64,000 nucleotides of DNA from a virus. A program made the translations under genes and the position numbers. This document shows positions 1 through 10,794 of this stretch, one piece after another; within the stretch, counting starts at the first letter, position 1, and each line of letters begins with the position of its first letter. The stretch spans positions 37,717-101,716 of the IMG/VR virus record IMGVR_UViG_3300017788_002882. The stretch is one strand, 5' to 3'. The notes under the pieces are model-generated. The model had not been told where the DNA came from and made no database searches. It saw only the letters and a program-made list of their open reading frames with translations.

Positions 1-862
1 AGGTACTACTGAATAGACCTGCTGGACTTTCTGTCCACGGAATGTTCATATTCCAAATGGGAGTATTTTCTCTATTAGATACATCACAAGGGGATTCAAA
101 ATTCAATGTATCTGTTTGCCAATATGGTGCTGGTGTAACAAAGTCATAGAGTTCTGTCATCCCCGAAGGATAAACATACATTCTTGCAAAGTTAGTTTGA
201 ATCGGTAAGAAATCGTAGGTAGGTAAAGCTCTATCTAACGTCAAAGTGAAAGTACTTCCTGTAGTCCCCGTAACAGGACTCATGTTTTGGATTCTATACG
301 TTAGGATTTGATTCGTTCCAAAAGTTCCACACCCACCATTACCATCATATACAATAGTCACAAAGTCATTAATGGATGGTGTCCCTGAGAATAAACAGCT
401 TGTTGGTGAATTGTCAAATTCAATTTGCATTGAGGTTTGGCCTGAAAGGGTTGACATATCAACCCAATAACTTGAGGTCAATGTGTAAGCCGTTGTTGTC
501 TGAATTTGAGTTGTACCCGTAGTGAAAAATCCCTTCACTCCCGCTGAGTTATAAACCTGTTGGAAGTTACTATCCATGAACGGAATACCATAAGTATTAC
601 CAGTTGTACCTTGAACGTAGTATGGATACTTAATGTTCTGTTTGTTTGACTGCGGAGAACCTGTGTCGTTTTGTGCGTTGAACGCTGGCATCAATATATT
701 ATTATTGGTTTGGTTGTAATTCGGAACTGCAGTATAACTTACCTCACTATCACCAATTTGAAAATAAGATATGTTGAAATTTCCCTGAGACAAATTTCTC
801 CTTCCTACATCAGTTAGACGAGTGTTAATCAATCCTGCAGTATTTTTAATAATATATGCCAT
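1..862 (-). CDS. Probable virion structural protein, truncated at window start (MAYIIKNTAGLINTRLTDVGRRNLSQGNFNISYFQIGDSE...)
   Basis: Manual translation from ATG at 862; missing from the ORF track because it runs off the edge. The N-terminal LTxxGR...GD pattern resembles phage tail-collar/baseplate-attachment N-termini. A TATTTATA motif lies just upstream. Confidence 0.6.
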   Translation of the reverse strand, partial: MAYIIKNTAGLINTRLTDVGRRNLSQGNFNISYFQIGDSEVSYTAVPNYNQTNNNILMPAFNAQNDTGSPQSNKQNIKYPYYVQGTTGNTYGIPFMDSNFQQVYNSAGVKGFFTTGTTQIQTTTAYTLTSSYWVDMSTLSGQTSMQIEFDNSPTSCLFSGTPSINDFVTIVYDGNGGCGTFGTNQILTYRIQNMSPVTGTTGSTFTLTLDRALPTYDFLPIQTNFARMYVYPSGMTELYDFVTPAPYWQTDTLNFESPCDVSNRENTPIWNMNIPWTESPAGLFSST

Positions 863-866
863 TTTC

Positions 867-874
867 TATAAATA
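867..874 (-). promoter_or_regulatory. TATTTATA motif, putative late promoter
   Basis: The same octamer occurs on the sense strand upstream of the genes starting at 862, 7506, 15197 and 62935. Confidence 0.45.
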
Positions 875-888
875 GTTGTTCTGTTTTT

Positions 889-3384
889 TTATGATATAGG
901 TCCGAAGTCACAATTTACCACCACAGTGAGACAAGTCACATTTGATGGGTTGTTAGTATCTCTCAATCCAAGATAAACTGTACCATTAGGTACGTAAAGA
1001 TAATCTTTTGTATCTCCTGGTAATGTGTTGAATACTCCATTCAACGCATCATTACAAGTTAGATAATATGTGTCAGTCATATCGTATTGTCCTGACCCAC
1101 CAACTATTCCTGTTACGAATACCGAATTAATTCCCTCGAATCCACAAAGTACCGTTGTGTTTGCAAATAATGGTTTGGATGGAACATTACCCGTTGAACT
1201 AAATGTTACAGAATTACTGTTGATTGAGTTAGTTCTTGAATCCGCAACAACTGTACAACATTGACATCCATTAACACTTACTTGAGTAAACTGTGCAAAT
1301 ATTTCTTGTGTCAAGTTAGTAATACAATTACTTTGGGAATTGGTCTGTCCACTTGTTATTGACAACACTGAGGTGTCAGTAATTAAGACAGGACTGTTGT
1401 TAGAAATTTGTAATTGGTAAGTGTCAGCTTCTGTAACAGCAGTGAAAGTTTCAGGACTACAATTAGGTCTGCTTCCAAACTGAGTCGCAGTTTGTGTAGT
1501 TGATGGTGTTTTTGTCACCCCACCCTGTGTGATGTTAAATGTATCAGTAATCAATCCAGTACCAGGACCATTGTAAGTCTTGATAGATGATATTGTAAGA
1601 TTGAAGGACACCGTAACACCTGGTGGTAATGGAGGAGTACTTACAACTTGATAGTAAGTTGTACGTGAATTATAGTTACTCAACGAAATCGATTGGGTCG
1701 CCAAAGTATTTGCGCTCAATGAAAGTTGATAAGTAATTGGTTGTTGGTTGAAACCAACAGTAGCAGTTACTATTTGTGTATTCCCCGCTGAGTCTCTTAC
1801 AGTTATGTTGTAAGTGCCAGCACAAAGATCTTCAAACACATTGGTCGATTGATAAGTTGAACCTCCATTGATGGAGAAAAGGTATGGTGCATTTCCGAAC
1901 CGAACATTTACGGTTATGTCTCCATTACAGTCGGAAACAGTGTCACATGAGTTATTATTTACTGAAAGATTCACTTGCATTGGGATTACTGCAGGACACA
2001 CCCCTTGAGTCATTGTTACACTATAAGTGTTCAATCCACCAGCTATTACCCATCCTGACAATGGTACTGATGCAGAGGAAGTGGAAATAAATAAACCTCC
2101 TCCAACAGGATTGAACGCCACATTCGGGTCAGATCCTCTAACTTCCCATCTCGATTGAGAAGGATTCCATACTATGTTGTATTGACCGTCGCTTGTGGTC
2201 CACGTAGTTCTTCCATTTCTCATTCCGTTGCAAAGGAACTGTAAAGGTCCATATGCTGTTGATGTACTTACTGCAATCAAACATAGTTGAGGACAAACTC
2301 CTGAAGGTGTTACAGTCGGTGTCACAGTTGGGCTTGGTGTAATGCTTGGGGTTGGTGGGAACAAACTACATACAGTTGACGCAGTGTAATCACCATAATA
2401 ATCTACAACTGTCACTTGATAATTACCCTGTGGAATTCCTACTAATGTTTGAGTTCTTTGACCACCCTCCCAATAAATAGAATATGGTGTTGTACCACCA
2501 GTTATTGTTAATGACAACACCCCATTTAATGAATTCGGGGAACTTGGAATTGTAATTGGATTACATCTTACTCCCATATCAAATAAAGTGAAAACTTCAC
2601 AATCATTTTTCAACCTAACAACCGCACTGTTACTTGGAGTTGGACTAGAAGATAAAGTTGGTGTCGGAGTTTTTGTGGTTGTAGGAGTAAATGTTGGAGT
2701 GGTAGTATTGGTCGGAGTTAATGTAGGAGTCTGAGTCGGAGATGGGGTCGGGCAACTAACTGATGCGACAACATTTAATTTTACAACACCATTCGATGGT
2801 TTTGTATAATCCAATGTAACAGACAATCCACTCTGAGTTCCACTTTGAACTACACCACAACAATCAGTATAGAAATAACTTGAACCAGGATTGACTGAAG
2901 TAAAACCTTGGCCACATAATATAGGGGTCGGACTTGGAGTCGCATTAGGTGTTCTTGTTTGAGTCTGAGTTTGAGTTGGGGATGTAGTAACGGTAGGTGT
3001 GGCTCTTGGGGTTTTGGTCGGAGTTACTGTCGCTGTTTGAGTCTGTGTATTTGTCGGTGTAACTGTAGGTGTGGCAGTTGAAGTTGGAGTAATCGCAGGA
3101 TAGCAAGATGAATTATCAGTACATGGATTACCAGTATCAGTTACTATGATTCCCTCAATCAGAAGTGTGTCACCGAAAAATCCATACTTGAACGTAGGAG
3201 TACCTAATGCAGATGAACAGATGTAAAAAGCAAAAGAACTTCCTAAATTTGTACTTGGTAAATTGAGGGCAATACTACTATCAGCTTGACCATTACAGTC
3301 AGTATAAACCACATATAAATCTTGACCTTCACTAGTGGCTAATGAATAGGGTACTTCAATATAATAACAGGTACAAACCGACAT
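889..3384 (-). CDS. Thr/Pro-rich, Cys-rich virion/fibre-associated protein with SprB-like repeats
   Basis: TPTPT tracts; two SprB-type repeats (GVLSLTITGGTTPYSIYW...GNYQVTVVD and GDITVNVRFGNAPYLFSINGG...AGTYNITVRD). Confidence 0.65.
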   Translation of the reverse strand: MSVCTCYYIEVPYSLATSEGQDLYVVYTDCNGQADSSIALNLPSTNLGSSFAFYICSSALGTPTFKYGFFGDTLLIEGIIVTDTGNPCTDNSSCYPAITPTSTATPTVTPTNTQTQTATVTPTKTPRATPTVTTSPTQTQTQTRTPNATPSPTPILCGQGFTSVNPGSSYFYTDCCGVVQSGTQSGLSVTLDYTKPSNGVVKLNVVASVSCPTPSPTQTPTLTPTNTTTPTFTPTTTKTPTPTLSSSPTPSNSAVVRLKNDCEVFTLFDMGVRCNPITIPSSPNSLNGVLSLTITGGTTPYSIYWEGGQRTQTLVGIPQGNYQVTVVDYYGDYTASTVCSLFPPTPSITPSPTVTPTVTPSGVCPQLCLIAVSTSTAYGPLQFLCNGMRNGRTTWTTSDGQYNIVWNPSQSRWEVRGSDPNVAFNPVGGGLFISTSSASVPLSGWVIAGGLNTYSVTMTQGVCPAVIPMQVNLSVNNNSCDTVSDCNGDITVNVRFGNAPYLFSINGGSTYQSTNVFEDLCAGTYNITVRDSAGNTQIVTATVGFNQQPITYQLSLSANTLATQSISLSNYNSRTTYYQVVSTPPLPPGVTVSFNLTISSIKTYNGPGTGLITDTFNITQGGVTKTPSTTQTATQFGSRPNCSPETFTAVTEADTYQLQISNNSPVLITDTSVLSITSGQTNSQSNCITNLTQEIFAQFTQVSVNGCQCCTVVADSRTNSINSNSVTFSSTGNVPSKPLFANTTVLCGFEGINSVFVTGIVGGSGQYDMTDTYYLTCNDALNGVFNTLPGDTKDYLYVPNGTVYLGLRDTNNPSNVTCLTVVVNCDFGPIS

Positions 3385-3411
3385 TTATAAATTAATTATT
3401 TTCTATAATTA

Positions 3412-4056
3412 TTAACATGTTACGAAATTAAGTATGGTTCCAGATGTATCAACTTGAACCCCGTAATCATTTCCTCCGAATTTGAATTTAGTGAATTGAT
3501 TATTTCCGTTGTATGGATTAAATAAAGTACCTCCAAAGGCATTTTGATATATTTTCACACCAATCACGGGTATTGCATCAGCTTCATTCAAGTAAGTATA
3601 ATAATACAAGAATGTATAATTGTCACTACAAACATTGTCCGAAGTTTCGAACATACTCTGTCCTCTCTGATGAAGTGAGAACACCTGAGTTTGAGTTGGA
3701 CTTGGAGTATTGGTTGTCGTATTGGTTGGGGTTTGAGTTACTGTTGGAGTCACTGTAGATGTTGGCGAAGGGGTCCTTGTTGTAGTCTGAGTCACAGTTG
3801 GAGTTTGCGTTACAGTTGCCGTAATACTTGGGGTTGGGGTCGGTGTTATACCGATTACCTCCCCATCAATACATCCATTAACGTCTTCAATCTTTATGAC
3901 AATACTCGAATTACTATAAGGTGGAGGCACATCAAATGTGTACGGGAAAACTGCCACAGTTGCAACATAAACACAACTTGCACTCAATGAATCACAATAG
4001 TATATTTCAACAGGTGTGTTTGCGGTTACGGAAGTTATTGTGACTTGTTGACTCAT
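3412..4056 (-). CDS. Thr/Pro-rich virion-associated protein
   Basis: N-terminal Cys domain paralogous to 4053-4280, a TPT linker, and a C-terminal module ending SGTILNFVTC. Confidence 0.6.
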   Translation of the reverse strand: MSQQVTITSVTANTPVEIYYCDSLSASCVYVATVAVFPYTFDVPPPYSNSSIVIKIEDVNGCIDGEVIGITPTPTPSITATVTQTPTVTQTTTRTPSPTSTVTPTVTQTPTNTTTNTPSPTQTQVFSLHQRGQSMFETSDNVCSDNYTFLYYYTYLNEADAIPVIGVKIYQNAFGGTLFNPYNGNNQFTKFKFGGNDYGVQVDTSGTILNFVTC

Positions 4057-4280
4057 GATACTACAGCGCTTGTTCCTGATATAACACAGTTATTATTATC
4101 AATTGCCTTAATCATATAATTCGGTGAGGAATTATATGGTGCAGGAATATCGAAAATATATGGAAACGAAGAGTTTGTAATCGTTGAAATATAAAAACAT
4201 CCCGAACCATCCACCTGACAAACATAAATGTCAAATGGAGTTTGTCCTGTAATGTTGGTAATTGTTACTTGTACTTCCAT
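4053..4280 (-). CDS. Small Cys-containing beta-rich protein, paralogue of the N-terminal domain of 3412-4056
   Basis: VTITNITGQTPFDIYVC...C...FPYIFDIPAPY...IKAIDNNNC aligns with VTITSVTANTPVEIYYC...C...FPYTFDVPPPY...IKIEDVNGC. Confidence 0.7.
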   Translation of the reverse strand: MEVQVTITNITGQTPFDIYVCQVDGSGCFYISTITNSSFPYIFDIPAPYNSSPNYMIKAIDNNNCVISGTSAVVS

Positions 4281-4293
4281 ATCTATATTTTAT

Positions 4294-7200
4294 TTAACAT
4301 TGAGTTGATGATAGTCCGATTACAACACCTGACCCATTCAAGTCCCAGTTTGCTCCTTGATGGAACACGTAAGTTTGACTTACCACGTTTAATAATGTTG
4401 AGTCAACATACAATATACATCCTGAAGCAATTTCTTGGCAGTTGGAAAATAAGGTTTTAGGGTCGATTATTGCGTCAGAACAAGCATCAAATACGCTTAT
4501 ATCACTCACACCACTATTCCCAAACGTGCCAATATTTGCTGTGGCACAAGTCACACAGTCCGTATAAGTTTGAGTCGGAACTCCCGTAAAATAATTACCA
4601 CCAAAGTTTATTGGTGTAACTTTTGCCGAAGGGATATAAGAGGTATTGAATCTTCCAACGTAATACCAACAATTTGCGTCATTGTCCTTGAATACTTCAT
4701 TAACTGCTATTGGGAAAGATACTGGTTGTGTTTGAATTACTTGAATAATCGTTCCTCTTCCTCCACCGATACGATTACAGGATTGGTAAACATATAGGAA
4801 ATTAGGTGTCACGGAAGGTGACGGTGTAATTGTTTGAGTTGGCGTGTTAGTTGCGGTTGGAGATTTAGTTTGAGACGGTGTTGGTGGAGGTGTAGTTCCA
4901 TTGGTCGCAGTTTGTGAAGGAGTTGCGGTTGCAGATGGAGTTACAGTTGGTGTGACTCCCCCTGTAGCTGATGGTGTATTTGTTGGTGTCGTAGTTGTAG
5001 TTGGTGTCGCGGTAGGGATTGTAGTACAACCTCCACAACTTCCATAAAGCTGAATTATGTTTCCGATATTAGTGTTCGATGACAAATTACTATCATCTCT
5101 TGTATAAGTAACACAACGAATTTGTCCATTAACATTCGCTGAAATAGTCATACCAGTTGTGACTGGAATTCCTGAGAATGATAATGAGTCAGAAGTATAA
5201 TACTCTTGACCATCTTGACAGTCAGTAAATACTTTAACGGAAACACAACTGAATGTCTCATCCAACATTTCAAATGTAACATTACCTCCAATTGCAACTG
5301 TCTTTGTCAAAGTTACTGAAGGAGTCAATGTCACCGTAGGAGTTGACGCATTGTATCCGCTAAGGCTAAAAGATATACCAACCCCTGAACAGAAATTACC
5401 TGTAGGAGATGGTGTCGGGGTGACACCAATTGAATTTAGAAGGAAATTTACATCGTCACAATCAACACTTGGTGTAGGTGTAGGAATTGGTTCCCAATCA
5501 CAATCGAAGTAAGCATTGAAATCAAATGTCGAACAATCGATTGGAGTTGGTGTAGGTGTAGGACAAATTCCTCCCGTGAAATCAGTTGCTGAAATGTCAG
5601 GACATTGTGACCTACAAGGGTAGGCTCCTCTCAACAAACAACTTCCTCCCAATGAGGTACTTAGACACCAATATTCGGAGGTGTAATAAATTACCGCATA
5701 AGTTGTACCATCTCCCGAATAATAATTTTTGGAATTGTAAGTACCCGCTAAGCTATAATTTCCATTGTACCCTGAAAATGCAGGAAGGGTAGTGTACAAA
5801 CAAAAATCAGAATATGTACAAGCTGAAGGTGATGCGGATACTGTTGGAGTATTCGTTGGAGTTGGTTGTGGTGTATTGGTTGGTGTAGGAGTTGGAACAC
5901 ATAATATACAATTATCAAAATCAGGTTCTCCGAAATCTGGCCCACCTGGTCCTGAGAATTCCACAAAACTGTAACACTCCCCATTGTACAAATATGCCGC
6001 ACCAACGAAGGCGGTGTCTTCATCTACGTTTGCGTATAAAACTTCACCATTGGAACATTTCGTCAATAATGCCGCAGTCAAAGCTGTTCTTGGACATAAA
6101 GAATCCGCACAAGTTGGAACTTGAGTGAATGTTACTCCAAGCGAATTATATAATGTTCCAACGGTGAATCCACTTACAATTGTAGCACATCCTTCAAACT
6201 CAGTACTTCCTGTAATATAGTATGTGTTTCCGAGTACATCAGGAATACCTGGTCCTCCGAATCTAAAAATATTGGACCCATTTGTACAATCTTGGAACTG
6301 TACGACTTTACTATTTGTTGGACTTGGACTTTGTGTTGGAGTCTGAGTTTGTGTCTGAGTTTGTGTCGGAGTTTCCGTAGGAGTTGAGGTGTTTGTTGCT
6401 GTTTGAGTTGGAGTCTCCGTTTGGGTTGGTGTCTGAGTTTGTGTCGGAGTTTCCGTAGGAGTTGAGGTGTTTGTCGCTGTTTGAGTTGGAGTTTCTGTAG
6501 GAGTACTTGTGTTCGTTGCAGTTTGTGTAGGGGTCTCAGTTGGTGTTTGTGTAGGAGTTTCAGTCGGCGTGTTAGTCGGTGTTTCAGTTGGTGTTTGTGT
6601 TGGAGTTTCTGTAGGTGTTGATGTATTAGTTGGAGTTTGAGTTGAGGTTTCTGTGGGAGTTTGAGTAGGCGTTTCTGTTGGAGTCTGAGTCGGAGTTTCC
6701 GTAGGTGTTGATGTATTAGTTGGAGTTTGAGTAAGCGTTTGTGTTGAAGTCTGAGTAGGGGTTTCTGTAGGTGTTGATGTGTTTGTTGTAGTCTGAGTCG
6801 GAGTTTCTGTATTTGTTGGAGTTGGAGTCGGTGTTAGTACTTCAAAACAACCTCCACAAAAACTTTCATCAACTTGAACAATTGTTAAACCTGCAGTCGC
6901 AGATACACTTCCAAGAATTGCACAAAAATATCCTGTTCCACCAGGGTAGGGTACATTGTTTATTGATTGAGAAACGTGGCTGCAATCTAAATAACTTATT
7001 GTATTAATCCCACTCGGATCTCCATCATTAGTATATTGAAAACAAACACATCCGTCACCAGATGGAGTTATAGTAGGAGTTGGTGTTAGAGTGGGGGTTT
7101 CTGTAGGAGTGGTTGTTTCTGTGGGCGTTGGTGTTTCGGTATTAGTTGGAGTTGGAGTTGGTGTTTGGTTAGTAGGTGTTTGTGATGGGGTTGGATTTGG

Positions 7201-7506
7201 AGTTGGAGTCACTGGAGCCGCACAACACTCGGTCAAAGTCTGACTTATAGAAGATATAGGCCCAATTATTTGTGTATTATTCTTGTAATAATATATGTTT
7301 GGTGATGGTGTCCCTGTCGTATCGATACAAAGGTCGTTCAAGAATGTACCTGAAAGTGTGTATAAATCTTGTTGAGAGTTTCCACTACAATCTATGTAAT
7401 CAACGTATACGGTATTGTCAAACTTACCAGGGTCGGTATTACCAATTGCATCATCTAAATCGACTTGGTCGATGACTACATCATAATAAAAACACGTACA
7501 CGCCAT
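4294..7506 (-). CDS. Mucin-like Thr/Pro-repeat, Cys-rich virion/fibre-associated protein (1070 aa)
   Basis: Long [16 protein letters not shown] repeats separate small Cys-rich modules. Confidence 0.65.
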   Translation of the reverse strand: MACTCFYYDVVIDQVDLDDAIGNTDPGKFDNTVYVDYIDCSGNSQQDLYTLSGTFLNDLCIDTTGTPSPNIYYYKNNTQIIGPISSISQTLTECCAAPVTPTPNPTPSQTPTNQTPTPTPTNTETPTPTETTTPTETPTLTPTPTITPSGDGCVCFQYTNDGDPSGINTISYLDCSHVSQSINNVPYPGGTGYFCAILGSVSATAGLTIVQVDESFCGGCFEVLTPTPTPTNTETPTQTTTNTSTPTETPTQTSTQTLTQTPTNTSTPTETPTQTPTETPTQTPTETSTQTPTNTSTPTETPTQTPTETPTNTPTETPTQTPTETPTQTATNTSTPTETPTQTATNTSTPTETPTQTQTPTQTETPTQTATNTSTPTETPTQTQTQTQTPTQSPSPTNSKVVQFQDCTNGSNIFRFGGPGIPDVLGNTYYITGSTEFEGCATIVSGFTVGTLYNSLGVTFTQVPTCADSLCPRTALTAALLTKCSNGEVLYANVDEDTAFVGAAYLYNGECYSFVEFSGPGGPDFGEPDFDNCILCVPTPTPTNTPQPTPTNTPTVSASPSACTYSDFCLYTTLPAFSGYNGNYSLAGTYNSKNYYSGDGTTYAVIYYTSEYWCLSTSLGGSCLLRGAYPCRSQCPDISATDFTGGICPTPTPTPIDCSTFDFNAYFDCDWEPIPTPTPSVDCDDVNFLLNSIGVTPTPSPTGNFCSGVGISFSLSGYNASTPTVTLTPSVTLTKTVAIGGNVTFEMLDETFSCVSVKVFTDCQDGQEYYTSDSLSFSGIPVTTGMTISANVNGQIRCVTYTRDDSNLSSNTNIGNIIQLYGSCGGCTTIPTATPTTTTTPTNTPSATGGVTPTVTPSATATPSQTATNGTTPPPTPSQTKSPTATNTPTQTITPSPSVTPNFLYVYQSCNRIGGGRGTIIQVIQTQPVSFPIAVNEVFKDNDANCWYYVGRFNTSYIPSAKVTPINFGGNYFTGVPTQTYTDCVTCATANIGTFGNSGVSDISVFDACSDAIIDPKTLFSNCQEIASGCILYVDSTLLNVVSQTYVFHQGANWDLNGSGVVIGLSSTQC
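6316..6836 (-). repeat. Coding tandem repeat ([12 protein letters not shown] units, ~12-nt period)
   Basis: Visible degenerate repeats such as gtttccgtaggagttgaggtgtttg; boundaries approximate. Confidence 0.85.
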
Positions 7507-7524
7507 AAAAACTTTTTTGTATAA

Positions 7525-7547
7525 TATAAATAACCTGATTACAGGTT
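7525..7547 (-). promoter_or_regulatory. TATTTATA motif (7525-7532) abutting a perfect hairpin AACCTG-ATTA-CAGGTT, in the divergent intergenic region
   Basis: Read directly from the sequence. Confidence 0.45.
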
Positions 7548-7617
7548 TTTACACATTAGGTAATATAGTTTTATCAAAAAACAAATAAAGTGGAGACATC
7601 AGAATATTTATTGTTGT

Positions 7618-7791
7618 ATGAAACTTCTAAAGACAATACAAAACATTATTAAGGAAGCTGAGGAACAATATCATCTTGCTTGTGAATCTTGTGTCCCGAT
7701 TGAAGAAATAGACAAATTAGAAAAACAATACAAAGATTCTTTAAAACTGATGAAATTGTATCAATCAGAGGAAAAAAAGAAAAGTAAATAA
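7618..7791 (+). CDS. Small hypothetical protein, 57 aa (MKLLKTIQNIIKEAEEQYHLACESCVPIEEIDKLEKQYKDSLKLMKLYQSEEKKKSK)
   Basis: Manual translation; below the ORF-track length cut-off; preceded by TATTTATT at 7605-7612; contains CxxC. Confidence 0.6.
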   Translation: MKLLKTIQNIIKEAEEQYHLACESCVPIEEIDKLEKQYKDSLKLMKLYQSEEKKKSK

Positions 7792-7827
7792 TAGATTTTC
7801 CAACAGTCTTTTGTATATTTCTCCAAT

Positions 7828-8781
7828 ATGAAAGACCCATTATTGGATTTACATTTGTCTAAAGGACTTGGAGATACAATTTCATCTACCCCTGTACTTC
7901 GTAAATTATTTTTTGCATACGGAAAAAAAATATCAGTACTCACAGACCATCCAGACATTTTTAAAAACAACAACTACGTTGACAAAATTTTCAACACTTC
8001 CGAAGTAAGTCGTGAAGATTTGGCAGAAAATTATGAATTGTTGGTGAGTTTTGCTCCGAATTTGGAAAACCAATACAAATTAGGATTACGTCATAATACA
8101 ATGGACATCCGACAGTTTCATGCATCGGGATTGGGATTTTCACTATTACCTGAGGAATGTCACACGGACTTTATTCCTGACGAATGGGAACCGATTCAGG
8201 ATTTACCTGAAAAATTTGTTGTGATTCATCCTGTTCAAAGTTGGGCATCAAGGACTTGGGATATTGAAAAATGGAAATTATTAACCTCAATGTTGAATGA
8301 CAATGGAATTGCGGTTGTATCTGTTGGGAAGTCTTCGAGCGAAATAGGATTTCATATGGTACAAAAACCCATTTTTGATTTTCCTATAAAATTTGGTCTG
8401 AATCTCATGAATCAAACATCCATATCTCAAACTTGGTGGTTAATCCAAAAAAGTTTGGCAATTATTACGATGGATTCAGGACTTTTACATTTGGCAGGAA
8501 CCACAGATGCTCAAATCATTCAATTGGGTAGTTCAATTAATTGGAAATTGAGAGCCCCTTTCCGACACGGAAGACAAGATTATAAATATAATTATGTCGA
8601 TGGTGATTGTAAAATCGCTTGCGCTTCTGACATGAGATATGGTGTCAGAGAATGGAATTCAATACGTGGAATCCCACCACTTGTTGGTTGTTTGGAAAAT
8701 AAATCAGAATTTGTTTGTCACCCCAATGTGCCACAAGTTTTCAATAAAGTTTTAGAAATTCTGAAAATAATAAACCAATAA
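7828..8781 (+). CDS. GT9-family (heptosyltransferase-like) glycosyltransferase
   Basis: GLGDTI, VIHP...RTW and MDSGLLHLAG motifs; C-terminal Cys cluster. Confidence 0.8.
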   Translation: MKDPLLDLHLSKGLGDTISSTPVLRKLFFAYGKKISVLTDHPDIFKNNNYVDKIFNTSEVSREDLAENYELLVSFAPNLENQYKLGLRHNTMDIRQFHASGLGFSLLPEECHTDFIPDEWEPIQDLPEKFVVIHPVQSWASRTWDIEKWKLLTSMLNDNGIAVVSVGKSSSEIGFHMVQKPIFDFPIKFGLNLMNQTSISQTWWLIQKSLAIITMDSGLLHLAGTTDAQIIQLGSSINWKLRAPFRHGRQDYKYNYVDGDCKIACASDMRYGVREWNSIRGIPPLVGCLENKSEFVCHPNVPQVFNKVLEILKIINQ

Positions 8782-8801
8782 ATTATAAAATAGTCAAATA
8801 T

Positions 8802-9422
8802 ATGAAAAATAGAACCAAATCTCGTATTGATTTGATTATGGAAATGGGAAAAAAATTTCCGATTGGTAAAGGTATTGAAATTGGTACATTCAAAGGGGAA
8901 TTTTCTAAGAAAATTGTAGAAAATTGGGGTGGGACATTGTACATGGTAGATGTTTGGAGACCCCTTCCGAATGAGGAGTACTTGGATTCGAGTAATCACG
9001 GTAATTATGAAAATGAAATTTATGTCGAGGCAATGAATAACATAAATGGATTTGAAGATAGAGCAATTATGATAAGGGCTTCGTCGGAAATTGCTTCGAA
9101 CATTTTTGAAGATTACTCGTTAGATTTCGTTTACATAGATGCAAACCATGCATATGATTATGTTGTCCGAGACATTGAGTTATGGTTTCCAAAAGTAAAA
9201 AAAGGTGGTTATTTGTGTGGTCATGATTATATTGATATGGATTGGTATAATGACCCTAATTTTTGCGAAAATGGAAAAGACAAACACATCTACAGTTCTA
9301 ACTTTCAGTTTTATCACGGAGTGTTCGGAGTTAATCCTGCTGTTGATGAATTTTGTGAAAAATATAAATATGATTTTCAAATCACAAATGAGTGGTTTGG
9401 GACATGGTGGTTAGAAAAATAA
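8802..9422 (+). CDS. Class I SAM methyltransferase (Methyltransf_24-like)
   Basis: IEIGTFKG, DFVYIDANHAY and GGYLCGHDY motifs. Confidence 0.85.
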   Translation: MKNRTKSRIDLIMEMGKKFPIGKGIEIGTFKGEFSKKIVENWGGTLYMVDVWRPLPNEEYLDSSNHGNYENEIYVEAMNNINGFEDRAIMIRASSEIASNIFEDYSLDFVYIDANHAYDYVVRDIELWFPKVKKGGYLCGHDYIDMDWYNDPNFCENGKDKHIYSSNFQFYHGVFGVNPAVDEFCEKYKYDFQITNEWFGTWWLEK

Positions 9423-9424
9423 AT

Positions 9425-10147
9425 ATGAAACTTTCAGTTATTGTTTTGTGTTATAATTTCGAAAAATACATTGAACAATGTTTATTATCTATTTTGGCTC
9501 AGAGGACTACCTTTGATTTCGAAATTTTAATTAGGGATGATTTTTCGTCCGACAAGTCATCATCCATTATAAAACGAATTGCATTTTGGAATCCAAATAT
9601 TAAATTCATCGAAGGAACCGAAAATATTGGGTTTGCAAAAAGTTATAAACAACTTTTAGATTTATCACAAGGTGAATATATTGCATATACCGACGGTGAT
9701 GACTATTGGACTAATTTGTATAAATTACAAAAACAATGTGATTTTTTAGATTTCAATCCTGATTACGTTTTAACTTGTACGGGCTATTGGCAAAAGGACG
9801 AAAATGAAAATTTTATCCCGTCAGAACCAAATTTATGGCTCTGCCCACTCAAACGTGATGTCGATAATAACATTCTTTCTGAATATATGTTAGAAGCGAA
9901 TCACTCACATTATGGAAAGTTATATCGTAATGTACCACATTTTTTTGAATATATGTACGATTTACCTTTGTTGGACTGGCCGATGAATTTTGAACTTTCG
10001 TTATTGGGTAAAATTAAATTCTTAGACTACCCAACAGGAGTTTATAGGAAACATTCTCAAGGACTAATGAAGTCCGTAAGTTCCCAAATAAATGCAGGAG
10101 AACAAATTATAACTATCTTGAAAAAAAGGTGGAATGAAATAAATTAA
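9425..10147 (+). CDS. GT2-family glycosyltransferase
   Basis: LSVIVLCYN, DDFSSD and YTDGDDYW motifs; ATG at 9425 preferred over the track start at 9392. Confidence 0.85.
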   Translation: MKLSVIVLCYNFEKYIEQCLLSILAQRTTFDFEILIRDDFSSDKSSSIIKRIAFWNPNIKFIEGTENIGFAKSYKQLLDLSQGEYIAYTDGDDYWTNLYKLQKQCDFLDFNPDYVLTCTGYWQKDENENFIPSEPNLWLCPLKRDVDNNILSEYMLEANHSHYGKLYRNVPHFFEYMYDLPLLDWPMNFELSLLGKIKFLDYPTGVYRKHSQGLMKSVSSQINAGEQIITILKKRWNEIN

Positions 10148-10152
10148 TAAAA

Positions 10153-10794
10153 ATGGCTAATGGAATTTACAAAATAACTGAGGATTTTGAAAAAGCACTT
10201 TCGGACTACACTGGGTCTCCGTATGTGGTGACTTTAGATAATATGAGTAACGGGCTTTTCCTTGCGTTATATTATGAACATAAAATTAAAGGCAGAACTG
10301 AAAAGATAATTACCATCCCATCACGAACTTACCCATCGGTCCCTTGTGAAATTATTCATGCGGGGTTAAAAGTTGGGTTTGAATCCGTAGAAGGTAAAAC
10401 GATAAAAGGAGTATATCAACTTAAAGGCTCTAATGTTTGGGATTCCGCCTTAAGATTCACTGCAGATATGTATATACCAAACACTCACATGTGTATATCA
10501 TTTACTGGTCCATACAAACATTTCAAATTATCCAAGGGCGGTGCAATTTTGACGGATGACCATGAAGCATATCTTTGGTTTAAAAGAGCAAGATATAGTG
10601 GTAGAAGAGAAACTTCATACCATGATGACCATTTTGATATGTTAGGTTGGAACTTTTATATGATGCCAGAGTTAGCTGCTAGAGGAATATTATTAATGAA
10701 CCAATTTTATAATTTGGATGGCACTAAAAAACACAATCAAGATTTAGAATTACCATATCCTGATTTAAGTAAATTTGAAATTTATACAAAATGA
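10153..10794 (+). CDS. Short DegT/DnrJ/EryC1/StrS-type PLP aminotransferase
   Basis: DFEKALSDYTG, WDSA, SFTGPYKHFKLSKGGAILTD (catalytic Lys retained) and GWNFYM motifs; only 213 aa. Confidence 0.75.
   Translation: MANGIYKITEDFEKALSDYTGSPYVVTLDNMSNGLFLALYYEHKIKGRTEKIITIPSRTYPSVPCEIIHAGLKVGFESVEGKTIKGVYQLKGSNVWDSALRFTADMYIPNTHMCISFTGPYKHFKLSKGGAILTDDHEAYLWFKRARYSGRRETSYHDDHFDMLGWNFYMMPELAARGILLMNQFYNLDGTKKHNQDLELPYPDLSKFEIYTK

Noticed and set aside
6316-6836. Possible CRISPR or non-coding repeat array
   Set aside because: The repeats are in-frame, vary at synonymous positions and have no spacers.
1070-7475. Short plus-strand and off-frame ORFs over the Thr/Pro-rich genes
   Set aside because: They are antisense or off-frame shadows of low-complexity coding sequence with no recognisable motifs.
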